From: Macrostomum lignano
Taxonomy: Eukaryota
DNA: 64,000 nt
NCBI GenBank assembly: GCA_002269645.1
Contig: NIVC01000604.1
Coordinates: forward strand, 248,001 to 312,000
Direction of reading: 5' to 3'
The translations under genes were made by a program, and so were the position numbers. Under the pieces are notes generated by a model. It saw only the letters and a list, made by a program, of their open reading frames with translations. It was not told the DNA's origin and searched no databases. Positions 21,686-33,902 of this stretch are shown piece after piece (within the stretch, counting starts at the first letter, position 1; each line of letters begins with the position of its first letter).

Positions 21686-21863
21686 AACCCTAACCCTAAC
21701 CCTAACTCTAACCCTAACCCTAACCCTAACCCTAACTCTAACCCTAACCCTAACCCTAACCCTAACTCTAACCCTAACCCTAACCCTAACCCTAACTCTA
21801 ACCCTAACCCTAACCCTAGCCCTAACCCTAACCCTAACTCTAACCTTAACCCTAACCCTAACC
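21686..21863. repeat. Interstitial telomeric repeat (CCCTAA)n with CTCTAA/CCCTAG variants
   Basis: About 30 hexamers of the metazoan TTAGGG repeat read on the C strand. Confidence 0.95.
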
Positions 21864-22409
21864 CCCCTGCAAATTTAACCAATTGCCAATTAAAGCACCA
21901 AAAGCAATGACAGAGAAGATCGACAAATCGAGAAGAAAAAGAACACTTCGAAAACAGAACGAATCGCTATTATTGGTATATTTTAATATTTTGGGAAATT
22001 GTATTATTAAAATGAAAAACATGATTTCGTATTGCAGTTCCGCCTCGTCCTGTGTCAGCTAGGAACACAAAAAATTAAAATTATTTGTCCAAAGGCAGAG
22101 CAACGAGAGCATATAAACAATAGCAACATGTACTTTGAGGAAAGAGATCAGCATGTTACATGCATGTCAAATAAGTACAACTGGCTAAAACAGACAATAA
22201 TTCCGCATTTTCAAGGCGGAACCGAATTAGTCGAGTCATATTTCGCACCAAAACAAGCGTAGAGATACAAAAAGATACAATAATGGCGATACCTAGGCAT
22301 CAAACATAATGCAATTCAGCTGTGACTGATGATTACCTCACATATTTCAATTCTATTATTTACTTTATTCAGACACCCAGTCTTGGGACACTGAGCTCTC
22401 TTTGCTAGT

Positions 22410-23565
22410 CACTACCGAATCTTGCAGTCAGTCACTCCTGCATGAAGCCTGTCACTCCTGCATCACTTTAGTCACTCCTGCATCACTCCAGTCACTCCTG
22501 CATGAAGCCTGTCACTCCTGCATCACTTTAGTCACTCCTGCATCACTCCAGTCACTCCTGCATCACTTTAGTCACTCCTGCATCACTCCAGTCACTCCTG
22601 TATCAAGCCTGTCACTCCTGCATCACTCCAGTCACTCCTGCATCACTCCAGTCACTCCTGCATCACTCCAGTCACTCCTGCATCACTCCAGTCACTCCTG
22701 CATCACTCCAGTCACTCCTGCATCACTCCAGTCACTCCTGCATCACTCCAGTCACTCCTGCATCACTCCAGTCACTCCTGTATCAAGCCTGTCACTCCTG
22801 CATCACTCCAGTCACTCCTGCATCACTCCAGTCACTCCTGCATCACTCCAGTCACTCCAGCATCAAGCCAGTCACTCCAGCATCACTCCAGTCACTCCTG
22901 CATCACTCCAGTCACTCCTGCATCAAGCCAGTCGCTCCAGCATCAAGCCAGTCACTCCAGCGTCAAGTCAGTCACTCCAGTATCAAACCAGTCACTCCAG
23001 TAATGCCAGTCACTCCAGCATCAAGCCAGTCACTCCAGTATCAAGCCAGTCACTCCTGCATCAAGCCAGTCACTCCTGCATCAAGCCAGTCACTCCAGTA
23101 TCAAGCCAGTCACTCCAGCGTCAAGCCAGTCACTCCAGTATCACTCCAGTCACTCCCGCATCAAGCCAGTCACTCCAGTATCAAGCCAGTTACTCCTGCA
23201 TCACTCCAGTCACTCCAGTATCAAGCCAGTCACTCCTGCATCACTCCAGTCACTCCAGTATCAAGCCAGTCACTCCAGTATCAAGCCAGTCACTCCTGCA
23301 TCACTCCAGTCACTCCAGTATCAAGCCAGTCACTCCTGCATCACTCCAGTCACTCCAGTATCAAGCCAGTCACTCCTGCATCACTCCAGTCACTCCAGTA
23401 TCAAGCCAGTCACTCCTGCATCACTCCAGTCACTCCAGTATCAAGCCAGTCACTCCAGTATCAAGCCAGTCACTCCAGTATCAAGCCAGTCACTCCAGTA
23501 TCAAGCCAGTCACTCCAGTATCAAGCCAGTCACTCCAGTATCAAGCCAGTCACTCCTGCATCACT
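22410..23565. repeat. 20-bp minisatellite (GTCACTCCTGCATCACTCCA / GTCACTCCAGTATCAAGCCA)n
   Basis: Three units per 60-nt line; abuts the GPCR stop codon. Confidence 0.95.
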
Positions 23566-26035
23566 TCACTTGGCTCATTCAGAGGCTGCATCTCGACAGT
23601 CTTTCTATCGTCGCCTCCCGCGCTGCCGCCGTTGCCGCCGACATGCGAGCCGGATCTTCGCTTCTGCATCAGCGAGCTGGCGTAGGCGCCAGGCCGCCGG
23701 CGCCTCTGACTTCTAGTCAGCAGCTCCTCGGCTCGCCGAACTGGCGCCCTGTTCACCGACTCGCTGCTGATGCAGCCGCCAGAGAGGCAAACCACGGCGC
23801 CGGCGAAGGCCACCCGCTGGCGGAAGGAGGCGACGCAGGCCAAGTAGACCCAGAAGCCGGCCGCAAAGCTGGCGTCCTGCACCGAGTCCAGCAGCTTGGT
23901 CAGCTGGGCCAGGTAGCGGCACCAGCAGCTGTCGCGCGGGTTGCAGACTCCGCAGTTGGCGCGCATCACTATGGCAACGCATAGCGGAGCGGCCAGCAGG
24001 CAGCTGGCCAGAGACAGGGCCAGGTTGGCATAGTAACGGGACAGCTCGATGCGATGCGAGTCCTGCAGGCCGGAGCCCGGTGACGACGTCGGCGAGAGGA
24101 GCTCGCGGCGGCGACGGCGGGCGCGGAGCAGCAGATAGAGCAGGGCAGCGCTGAGGGCCACCTGTGTGGCGACATGAGGAGCAGAAATTGATTTCACAGG
24201 TGATGTAGCAGACAGATACGATTGATTGATAAAGACACCTGTGATAAAGACACCTGGAATTTTCCAGGTGAAGCAGACAAATACGATTGATCGATAAAGA
24301 CACCTGTGATAAAGACACCTGGGATTTCCCATGTGAGGAGCAGACAGATACGATTGATCGATAAAGACACCTGTGATAAAGACACCTGGGATTTTCCAGG
24401 TGAAGCAGACAGATACGATTGATCGATAAAGACACCTGTGATAAAGACACCCGGGATTTCCCAGGTGATGTAGCAGACAGATACGATCGATCGATAAAGA
24501 CACCTGTGCACCTGGGATTTCCCAGGTGAGGAAGCAGATAGATACGATTGATCGATAAAGACACCTGTGCACCTGGGATTTCCCAGGTGAGGAAGCAGAC
24601 AGATACGATTGATCGATAAAGACACCTGTGATAAAGACACCTGGGATTTCCCATGTGAGGAGCAGACAGATACGATTGATCGATAAAGACACCTGTGCAC
24701 CTGGGATTTCCCAGGTGAAGCAGACAGATACGATTGATCGATAAAGACACCTGTGCACCTGGATTTTCCAGGTGATGTAGCAGACAGATACGATTGATCG
24801 ATAAAGACACCTGTGATAAAGACACCTCGGATTTCCCATGTGAGGAGCAGACAGATACGATTGATCGATAAAGACACCTGTGATAAAGACACCTGGGATT
24901 TCCCAGGTGTAGCAGACAGATACGATTTATCGATAAAGACACCTGTGATAAAGACAACTGGGATTTCCCAGGTGATGTAGCAGACAGATACGATCGATTG
25001 ATAAAGACACCTGTGCACCTGGGATTTTCCAGGTGAGGAAGCAGACAGATACGATCGATCGATAAAGACACCTGTGCACCTGGGATTTTCCAGGTGATGG
25101 AGCAGACAGATACGATCGATGGATAAAGACACCTGTGCACCTGGATTTCCCAGGTGAGGAAGCAGACAGATACGATCGATGGATAAAGACACCTGTGCAC
25201 CTGGACCTGGATTTTCCAGGTGATGAAACAGACAGATACGATCGATCGATAAAGACACCTGTGCACCTGGGATTTTCCAGGTGGGGAAGCCCACGGACAA
25301 TTTTCGGCATCTACATTAATATCTAGCAAGTAGGGGCCCTCTGACCTGCAGACCGAACGGGACCACAAAGATCCCAAAGCCTTTGTAGTAGATGGCAAAG
25401 TTGGCCAGCCTGTTCTCAGTTGTTGCATTGCAGGTCACGTGACAGGTGCGCCACAGGTGCAGCCCTGCCGACTGTCCCGCTGTTGATGCGCTGTCATTTT
25501 GTCGCGAGTGCCACTCCTCGGCGACATCGTAGACGACGGCAGCCGGCGCGTTGAGCGCCAGTCCGGCCACGCAGACGGCCAGCACTGCGCCGACAGTTTC
25601 GCGGACGCAGCCGCGGGCGGCGAAGCGCAGCGGCCTCCAGACGCCCAGAAGCCTGTCGACAGTGAAGGCTAGAAGCAGATGGGCAGACACGAATAGAAAG
25701 TAGTTCTGCAGGAACTCCAGCAGCTTGCAGCTGGCCACGCTGACCGTGTCAAGCTTCAGCACCGCCCGGCCGGTCGCGTGCATCAGTCCGCGACCGAGGA
25801 AGTCGTCCAGCAGGCCGCTGACCAGCAGAACTCCGGCGTCTGACACGGCCAGCGCCGAGCAATAGATTCCGAATCTGTTCCAGCGGCTGAGCCGGGCTTC
25901 CAGCGTGAATATGATTAGCGTGGCTATGTTGCCAAGGATGCCAGTTACCACTATGATTGGCGTGAAGTAGGCGCGAGTGGCGCCCACAGCAAAGCGCAGG
26001 TCCGCCTCCAGCGGACAGGAACTAGTATTAGACAT
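23550..26035 (-). CDS. Class A (rhodopsin-like) 7TM receptor, orphan peptide-receptor-like
   Basis: Exon 1 26035-25346 (TM1 GILGN, TM2 LAVSD, TM3 SCK...FTVDRL, TM4, ECL2 Cys) and exon 2 24161-23550 (TM5 end, TM6, TM7 SFAAGFWVY); phase-0 GT-AG intron. Confidence 0.88.
24190..25285. repeat. Composite ~55-65-bp intronic minisatellite (GCAGACAGATACGATTGATCGATAAAGACACCTGTG core)
   Basis: Tandem copies fill the GPCR intron; inter-core segments are variants of each other. Confidence 0.92.
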
Positions 26036-26777
26036 GTTCTCTGTGCTTTGATTCCACAGTCAGTCTACAGTAGATTGCGCTCGTCAGGCATGTTCGAGTG
26101 CAAAGATTTTGGTTAAATTTGTATTATCGATACAACCTGAATTAAAATTAAAGAATTTAGAGTCGAGTAGTGTAGGTAGATAATGTTAAGGTAAGAACGC
26201 TGCTGTTCAAGTTCAATTCAGGACTGCAGATCTCGTGCTCAGTAAATTCTACCGTTAGTTTTCGAACTATTATTATTATTCGCATTAAAAGCCACGCGCA
26301 CCTCCTGCTAGGCGTTTATAAATTGGAGCGAACGGGTTTGGGCCTGGGGGCTTGGGTGGAGTGGAGTGGAAACAAAGAAGGGCCGCCTCGCACCCTTTCT
26401 CTTCACTTCTCTCTCTCTGCACAGCGCGCGCGTTCCAAATAGATAGCGCGGCCCACCTTGCCTTTAAAGTCTGGTAAAGCCCAAGCCCAACCCCCGCTGC
26501 TCTAACTTAGTCAACAAACTGAATGTGCATAACCAGCCCGCCCGTGGTGTACGTTGAAATGTACAGTCACTCTAATGACGTTTAGATCCCCATATTGGAT
26601 GAGAGGGGAACTCTCATCCCCTCCTTATGAAAGTCGTTCTATTATATTTTGGTCTTTATCCGACGCGTTACCTATTCCTTTAATTTCGCATTCCCAAAGT
26701 TTGGAATTACATGATTCAGATCAGATCCTCTTATTGAGTACTTTCAATTTCCAATTACATGTACATGTACAACGATT

Positions 26778-27864
26778 CATAGGCGTAGGAACGTTTCAAA
26801 ATGTGGGGGGAACCCCCCATCGAGTAAGATTTTTTATTTTTTATATGAGAAATGCAAATGCACATCATCATGTACCGATTCTAAAAATAATCGGTGTTGT
26901 CAGCTCAGCACTCATTTTGGCGCCGCAGGCACTCATTTTGGCACCGCAGGCACTCATTTTGGCGCCGCAGACACTCGTTTTGGCGCCGCAGGCACTCGTT
27001 TTGGCGCTGCAGGCATTCATTTTGGCGCCGCAGGCACTCATTTTGGCGCCGCAGGCACTCATTTTGGCGCCGCAGGCACTCATTTTGGCACCGCAGGCAC
27101 TCATTTTGGCGCCGCAGGCACTCATTTTGGCGCCGCAGGCACTCATTTTGGCACCGCAGGCACTCATTTTGTCGCCGCAGGCACTCATTTTGGCGCCGCA
27201 GGCACTCATTTTGGCGCCGCAGGCACTCATTTTGGCGCCGCAGGCACTCATTTTGGCGCCGCAAGCACTCATTTTGGCACCGCAGGCACTCATTTTGGCG
27301 CCGCAGGCACTCATTTTGGCGCCGCAGGCACTCATTTTGTCGCCGCAGGCACTCATTTTGTCGCCGCAGGCACTCATTTTGGCGCCGCAGGCACTCATTT
27401 TGGCGCCGCAGGCACTCATTTTGGCGCCGCAGGCACTCATTTTGTCGCCGCAGGCACTCATTTTAGCGCCGCAGGCACTCATTTTAACGCCGCAGGCACT
27501 CATTTTAACGCCGCAGGCACTCATTTTAACGCCGCAGGCAATCATTTTAACGCCGCAGGCACTCATTTTGGCGCCGCAGGCACTCAGCAGGCACTCATTT
27601 TGGCGCCGCAGGCACTCATTTTGGCGCCGCAGGCACTCATTTTGGCGCCGCAGGCACTCATTTTGGCGCCGCAGGCACTCATTTTGGCGCCGCAGGCACT
27701 CATTTTGGCGCCGCAGGCGCTATGTTTTGTCATCCTGCAGCAAAATGCATTCATGCAAAGCAGAAAAAACCAGAAATAAGAGTAAAAAATAAGCAAAAAG
27801 TCTACATTTTTCATTTAAAAAGCGGGGACCATGCATGGCATCTCCCCCCGTTCCTGCGCCTTTG
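26778..27864. mobile_element. TIR-bounded non-autonomous DNA element (MITE-like) carrying a 21-bp tandem array
   Basis: Left TIR CATAGGCGTAGGAAC versus reverse complement of the right TIR CAAAGGCGCAGGAAC (13/15). CAACGAT direct repeat on both flanks (26770-26776, 27866-27872). Confidence 0.65.
26905..27720. repeat. 21-bp minisatellite (GCAGGCACTCATTTTGGCGCC)n, ~38 copies
   Basis: Direct tandem copies inside the TIR element. Confidence 0.97.
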
Positions 27865-28694
27865 TCAACGATGTACATGTACGCAACACTTTAAGCGGTA
27901 ACCTTTGCTGCTGTAAATTCTAATGTTTATTTACGGTTATTTACGGTTTCAAAATGTTTGAAAACACAAGCCTATGAATGTGTGAATCTGTGCATTTGAT
28001 GCTAGCAATAGCATCGAATTTATTTAGTTTCAAAATGTACATTTCAGGGGTAGTTTTCAGTTTTCCACATGCACAACTGGAAGCTCAAAGGTTGTCAATA
28101 AGCGTCATTCGCATGACTAAATATGCACTGTCGTCTGCATTTATTTAAATAAAAGCGAGTGGGTGACAAAATCGCTTTCGTTCGTTCGATACAGCTACAT
28201 GTGAATACGGCCAAAGAAATAAATACTTATGTGCTAATCACGCAAGAACAGCGGTATTTAGCTACTGTTAGTAGCAAACGCAGCTATTTATGAATATATT
28301 TATTTAGATAAATAAAATTTTCGCGATAAATAAAATTTTCGCAAATAAGGTAATCAATAGCAATATGGAATAAAAAACTTTTGGAGAGCAGACAATCGGA
28401 TCACATTTATAGCATTTTATTTTAATAAAAATTCAACTAATTATCTATTCTCAAAATGGAATTGCTGAAATTTCCAGACTTACTGGGGGTATTGCTGAGA
28501 TCTCAAGGCTTACGGACGGATGGGAGATGGTCATCCCCCCTCCAGAGGGGGGTAGGAGGGTGGTCACCCGTGGGCAACAGCCCCCTCTGCCCCCGCCTGC
28601 GCCGTCACTGATGTCAAAGCTTACTGGGGGAATTGCTGGGTTGTCAAGGCCAAAGGGGGCACTAGATTGCTAGTTGGATTCTATAAAAGCTCCA

Positions 28695-31600
28695 TTACTC
28701 GCCCACTGTGATATGGCCGCCATAGATGGCCAGCAGGAGGATGGCGCCGAAGCCCGTGAACAGGCCCAGATTCTGCAACAGGAAGATCTTCGCCCGGCCA
28801 ATTTGCATTGCCTGAGGCTCCTCCATCGCGCTGTTCACTTCCGGCATCTGTGTTAGAAAAAATGTATAATTTAAGCACGAAAATAAAAAATCATTTTTTT
28901 ACCAGAATCGCCAGAAAAGAAACGACCCATTCTGCTACTCGCAAAAAGGAAAACCGCAACCAGCAAAGAATTTCCTATTAGAGATTTATGATTCTATCAG
29001 ATACCGTAAAGACGCGGCATTTCTCGGGTTGTGCCGCAATCCAATTGGCCTGGCACTCGCTAGCCCAATCCAATTATAGAGTCCTCACCGGAGGTGATGT
29101 ACTCATCTAAAAATAACCCTTCCTTTTCGTACTTTCCAATTCGCTTTTTGGCCCTCGGCCTTGGTTCAGGGGGTGTACCTGGAGTGAGTGTGATCTCTGG
29201 ACTGCAGTGTGACTAAAACGGGACTTGAGCCCCCCGGTCGCACCCGCCCTGCAGGAAAGAATGACCATTCACAAAGGTGTACGGTAGAGCCCAGTAGCAT
29301 GCCAGCCCTGAGGCTGAGCCCCGGGTTTAGGGTTCAGGTGCTCCTCCTAATGCTTTTATCCCTTTGTGCTTTTATTAATGTAAGGCCTAATGCCGCTCCA
29401 AAAATCCGGAGTTATGAGCTCTGCCCTCCCCGCCAGGTCCATCTTGCTCTCCTCGGTCCATCTGCTGGCTCCTCTGGAAGTTCCCTGCCCTTGTGTCTCG
29501 GCTCTCATCCTGACAGTGGATTGGAGTCCTGGGGTTGATGTTCTTCCCGAATCGGGGATACCGGCTGAGTCCGGGTCCTCTTGCCCCTTGTGCCCCTTCC
29601 CGACCCCTTGGCCTGGCCTCCAATATAGAGCTGGGAAGGTGACACCCTTGGGCTCGCAGCCCTATAGGTAGACGGTCTTCCTGCCTGATAGGAGACTCGC
29701 CCTCGGATACAAGCCTCCCAGACTCACTCCAAAATTAAGCCATTTCGTAGACTTCGGGGTTTCCCCGCTCTCGGACCGCTTTCAGTAGTATTTCAAACAT
29801 TTTCCAATTCTTTTTTCGCGCACTACCGGGACTTGTCTGCTGGGTGGTGGCTTGGGTGGACTCGGTCTTAGCACCCTCCCTGATTCCACTTTTGGGTTGG
29901 CGGTGTCTTAGTTCATAGGTTTGGGTTAGTAGCTTCCCCTGGCCTCGTCGTCAGGGTCCAACCCGGGCTTGCTCGGGCTATATGCCCCTGGTAGATGTTC
30001 CCCCCCCCACAGCGGCAGAGCCCCTCTCAGGGCTGATCAGCGGGTTGCCCCCGGCTTCCCACCCCGTTTAACAACAACAATTTCCTATAAGAGATTTTCA
30101 AACAATCCCAACCTGTCAAAGAATCCTCACATGTCAAATAATCCAAACTTGTCAGAGATCCCAACCTGTTAGAGATCCCAACCTGTCAAAGAATCCTCAC
30201 ATGTCAAATAATCCAAACTTGTCAGAGATCCCAACCTGTTAGAGATCCCAACCTGTCAGAAATCCCAACCTGTCAGAGATCCCAACCTGCCTGACATCCC
30301 AACTTGTCAGAGATCCCAACCTGTTAGAGATCCCAACCTGTCAGAAACCCCAACCTGTCAGAGATTTCAACCTGCCTGACATCCCAACCTGTCAGAGATC
30401 CCAATCTGTTAGAGATCCCAACCTGCCTGACCCAACCTGCCTGACAGAGATCCCAATCTATCCAATGATCCCTACCTGTCGGACACCAGAACCCGTCAGA
30501 GATCCCAACGCAGCTCACCATGTCCACCAGGCTGATGTACAAGAACATGCCGCTGGCGACGGCGAAGATCCACACGCTGGCGCCGGTCTCTCCCAGCCAG
30601 ACGCCCAGCGCAAAGCCCAGGTAGCAGGTGCAGGCGGACAAGAAGTTGCACAGCAGCGCCATCGGCATGGACATCCCGGCTGACAGCAGGATGGCGAAGT
30701 CGCCGAGCTCGTGCGGCAGCTCCTCGCACAGCACCGCCAGGCAGATGCTGACGCCGCTCAGAGTCGACCGGGTGAAGGCCGCCCCGATGCTCAGGCCGTC
30801 GATGAAGTTGTGCAGCGCGTCGCCGAGCAGAATCATCCAGGCCACCGGCTGCACCTTTGCCAGCCAGGTGGACACGTCCCTGTTGCTATTAACCATGTCG
30901 GTCTGGCTGTAGCAGGCGTCGCCGTTTTCGATTGCTTCTATCGGCAGCACGATGGCAGCTCCGTTCGCCGCGAGCTCCCCAGTCGGCGAGGAAGGCGCTT
31001 TGCTTCTATCCTGATCGGCCGACTCTTGTGGAGTGAAGCAAATCTCGGCCGTTTTGAAGTTGGCCAGGCTGGACGAGTCACCGGTGGGTGCCGCCGCTGG
31101 CAGTGAGTGCGAGCGCCCATGCCCGATGCCGCCGCTCTGCTCGGGTTTTTGAACGTTGAGGAACTCCATGGTATCTATGATTTCTGTGGTGCACGAACTA
31201 TGCTATGTGTTGCATGTGAGCATGATTTGTAAGGAGCTGGTTCAACGCTTTGGACAACATCGTCCCACGCCTGGTGAGGCAATCCTGGTACCCACTCCAT
31301 CGCCTCGCTCCGCCGCCAGCCCAGAACCGCTGCAACGCGTACTTAGGCACGTACGAGCTGCTTCTTTAAACTCATCAACTGTGCTTTCGGGGTAGCCTTT
31401 GTGGACGTTATCGAAATTCAAAAAGTTCCTGCATGGACTTCAAAAACAATACGTACCTTCTTTCTGATGAGCTCCTTAAGCATTCTTTCAATGATGAAGA
31501 ACATGTAGATACCACCAAACACCGCGCAACAGCGCCACAAGTACCACGGATGCTGCGAGAGGAAATCCTTCCATGCTGTGTGCCCAGAATTCTCAGCGTG

Positions 31601-33622
31601 AAACAGATGGAGCTGACGGTCGTCATCGATTAGGCTGGAGTTTGCTTTGTTTACTTCCTCGTGCATGAAAGCCAGCTGCAGGCACTGCGGATGTTGAAAT
31701 TAGCGTGAGAGAATCGTCTTGAGACGTATCAAAAAATGCGAGGGAAGAGGATGCAATACACAGGACAACAGCAGGGAAAATACTAAAGTCTAATAAGGAA
31801 TCAGCATCTCTCTGTGCGTTGGTCTCTGAATTGAAAAGCTGACCCGACACAGGCATTCATCTGATCGCCATTCCCATCCAAGGTTCACTGCCACAGAATT
31901 GCGTCGTCATGTCCAACAAGAGAAGCCGCTTCAAAAAAGTAAAAACGCACACGGAATTTTCTTCATTCAAAGTGCCTTAAGTAACTTGACAAACATTTCA
32001 TTATTTTTTATTTGAACAGTCTCCCCCGACACTGAAACAATGTGAAGCTACAGTCAGGCTCAAGCAATTCAAGCTAACGTCTTACCGAAAAGTGAGTTTT
32101 TTTAGAGACAAAATCTCTCCAAGTATTGCGACAGGAAAATTCGCCGCTATCATAATGAAAGCTGTGTTTACTCTGGGCATTCAATTTGGAGACAATGCTA
32201 AATTCCTTATTCATAGTGGGAGCCTTGAGTCTATTGACTCTTCTTACCTGGGTCAATATTGTATAGTCTGAGAGCTGCAAGTTTATAAAAATGGATTCAG
32301 AAATATTAAACGTATTTGGCCCTTTCAATGCAACAGAACGGTTCGAACGGCAGATGGAAACTGGAAAACTGAAAAACTTTGTGACACGATAGAGATGATG
32401 CAACACAACAGTATCTTTCTTGCGAAACAGTTATTGCGCTAAATTCAGCATAGATTGGAACTAACCACTTTCATTCAATATTTTTTGAACCCCTGCCACC
32501 TTTAAGAACACGGAACTGTTTTCCCGCCGGTGCATATAGCATGCAGATTCTGTTGCCTATTACTTTTATCCCTGTCTTGAAGTGGCTCAATCACAGAAGC
32601 TGAATAAACGAGTCAAAGAAACCTTGGCGTTGTGACAATTAAGGGTGTCAAAGTTAAGGTGAATACTGCGCACAACAGATACTTCAGTTGCGACCTCCGC
32701 AGTTTATGGAGCTTCAAAAATCAGAAATTAACATTTTTTCTCATACTAACGCCACTGTAATCCACTTTTGCACTTTTTACAACAAGCGGCAAAATCCACT
32801 ACAGATTTTTAATTTTTAACAGCCAGCGCTGCACAAATGGATGCTGCATAGTCTCGATCTTCACCAGAATCTTCATCAAATAAATCTCTCCTACCAGCAT
32901 TCTATACACATCCGGCCTCCATCCCCGATTTCCATTTGCAACTCACATCCGGCAGCAGGATGAGCAGAGCGGTGCCCATCAGAGATCCCACAGCCAGGGA
33001 GACCATGAACGTCATGAGCAATTTGAAGAACCGCCGGCCCATGAAGGGCAGGAAGATGATGCCCAGCACTGCGCAGAGGTTGATGAGCGTCACAAACAGC
33101 AGGCCGTAGCCCCACACTGCGGGTGGTTTGATGAATTTGCTTGTTGATTGGCTTGTGGTTGACTGAGTAATGCACTATTCACCATCAATTACCGTATAAT
33201 GGATTCTGAGCAGTGTGGCCGCCCCCGTGCTCACTATCGTCAGCTGCCACCAGCTGTTGAATATAGCAGTCCGGAGTTTGAACTCCACCTAGCAGAGTTG
33301 ACACCAGGTGAGTGGCGTTGTCCCGCGTCCAGATGAGGGACTCAATGCTCTGAGACTGGCTGGGACACTGCACTCGTCATGGGAAAGGTTTGCACGAATG
33401 ATCTTATGTCTCAACTCACTCATTTTTTCTAATCACTTACCTCCATGACCGACGTTACTCCACTGAGCAAATTGGAGTTCATGCTGATTGACGCCAGAAA
33501 TTCAGTCACATTATGGCCATATACAATGCCATTGCGGCCGTAGAGGCTGATAAACTGTCCTGCCAGGGTCGAGATAGACTCGCCGGAATCGACCGCTGCC
33601 TGAGAGTTTTGTACAGTGGATA
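28695..33622 (-). CDS. SLC39A14: ZIP8/ZIP14-like (LIV-1 subfamily) SLC39A metal transporter, paralogue A; first coding exon unresolved
   Basis: Exons 33622-33441, 33367-33193, 33116-32947 ([15 protein letters not shown]), 31684-31457, 31202-30519 ([21 protein letters not shown]; 5' boundary tentative), 28847-28695 ([12 protein letters not shown]...). The EEXPHE motif indicates ZIP8/14 type; the symbol denotes the subfamily. Confidence 0.88.
28988..30078 (+). mobile_element. 1.09-kb non-coding retroposed insertion with a (CAA)n tail and 19-bp target-site duplication
   Basis: AATTTCCTATTAGAGATTT (28969-28987) and AATTTCCTATAAGAGATTT (30079-30097) flank GC-richer DNA ending in AACAACAAC. No recognisable RT or endonuclease. 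Confidence 0.6.
30100..30470. repeat. 17-18-bp minisatellite (TGTCAGAGATCCCAACC)n
   Basis: Same family, inverted, as 44800-45520 in the equivalent intron of paralogue B. Confidence 0.9.
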
Positions 33623-33758
33623 CTTATAGTATCAAGGCCAGTTTAAAGCAGTGTATTATTTTTCGAGTGTATTCACAATTAAAGTTCGAAACCACGTCCA
33701 AAAATTAAATACATGTAAGCATGTAAGTATTCTGTTGCATGCTATTATCGATCCCGTA

Positions 33759-33902
33759 CAGCAATCCGACGTCGGTGACGTCGCTAGACGCTCCCGACGT
33801 CTACGAAAAATATGTACTTTTAAATTACATCGACGGTGTAGCGTGTGACGTCGCTATCCGCCGATGTAATCTAAAAGTTAATTTTTTGACGTTGGATTGC
33901 TG
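33759..33902. repeat. ~145-bp imperfect palindrome with several GACGTC motifs
   Basis: CAGCAATCCGACGTC...GACGTTGGATTGCTG outer arms; TACTTTTAAATTACATCGACGG / CCGCCGATGTAATCTAAAAGT inner arms; TAGCG-CGCTA centre. Confidence 0.8.

Noticed and set aside
22402-23716. Long ORFs (427 and 237 aa) rich in S/T/P/H
   Set aside because: They are translations of the 20-bp minisatellite, with no domain and no start context.
24190-25285. CRISPR-like repeat-spacer appearance
   Set aside because: The segments between cores are variants of one another rather than unique spacers; there are no cas genes and the context is a eukaryotic intron.
23713-25428. 571-, 429- and 368-aa minus-strand ORFs
   Set aside because: They mostly read through the GPCR intronic repeat; only the 3' end of the 429-aa frame is the true exon 2.
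26554-27814. ORFs of repeated QALILAP / MSACGAK / HSFWRRR
   Set aside because: The 21-bp unit is a multiple of 3, so several frames are open by chance.
28480-28660. Possible small hAT-like element ending in CCGTCACTG
   Set aside because: No convincing matching left TIR or TSD was found.
29004-29014. CCGTAAAGACG resembling the 5' end of a flatworm spliced leader (recalled from memory, unverified)
   Set aside because: Only 11 nt match, the next base breaks the CCGT/ACGG hairpin, and there is no donor or Sm site; compatible with chance.
29940-29975. CTGACGA hammerhead-like core on the minus strand
   Set aside because: The CTG is sequestered in a CCCTG/CAGGG stem and no GAAA core follows.
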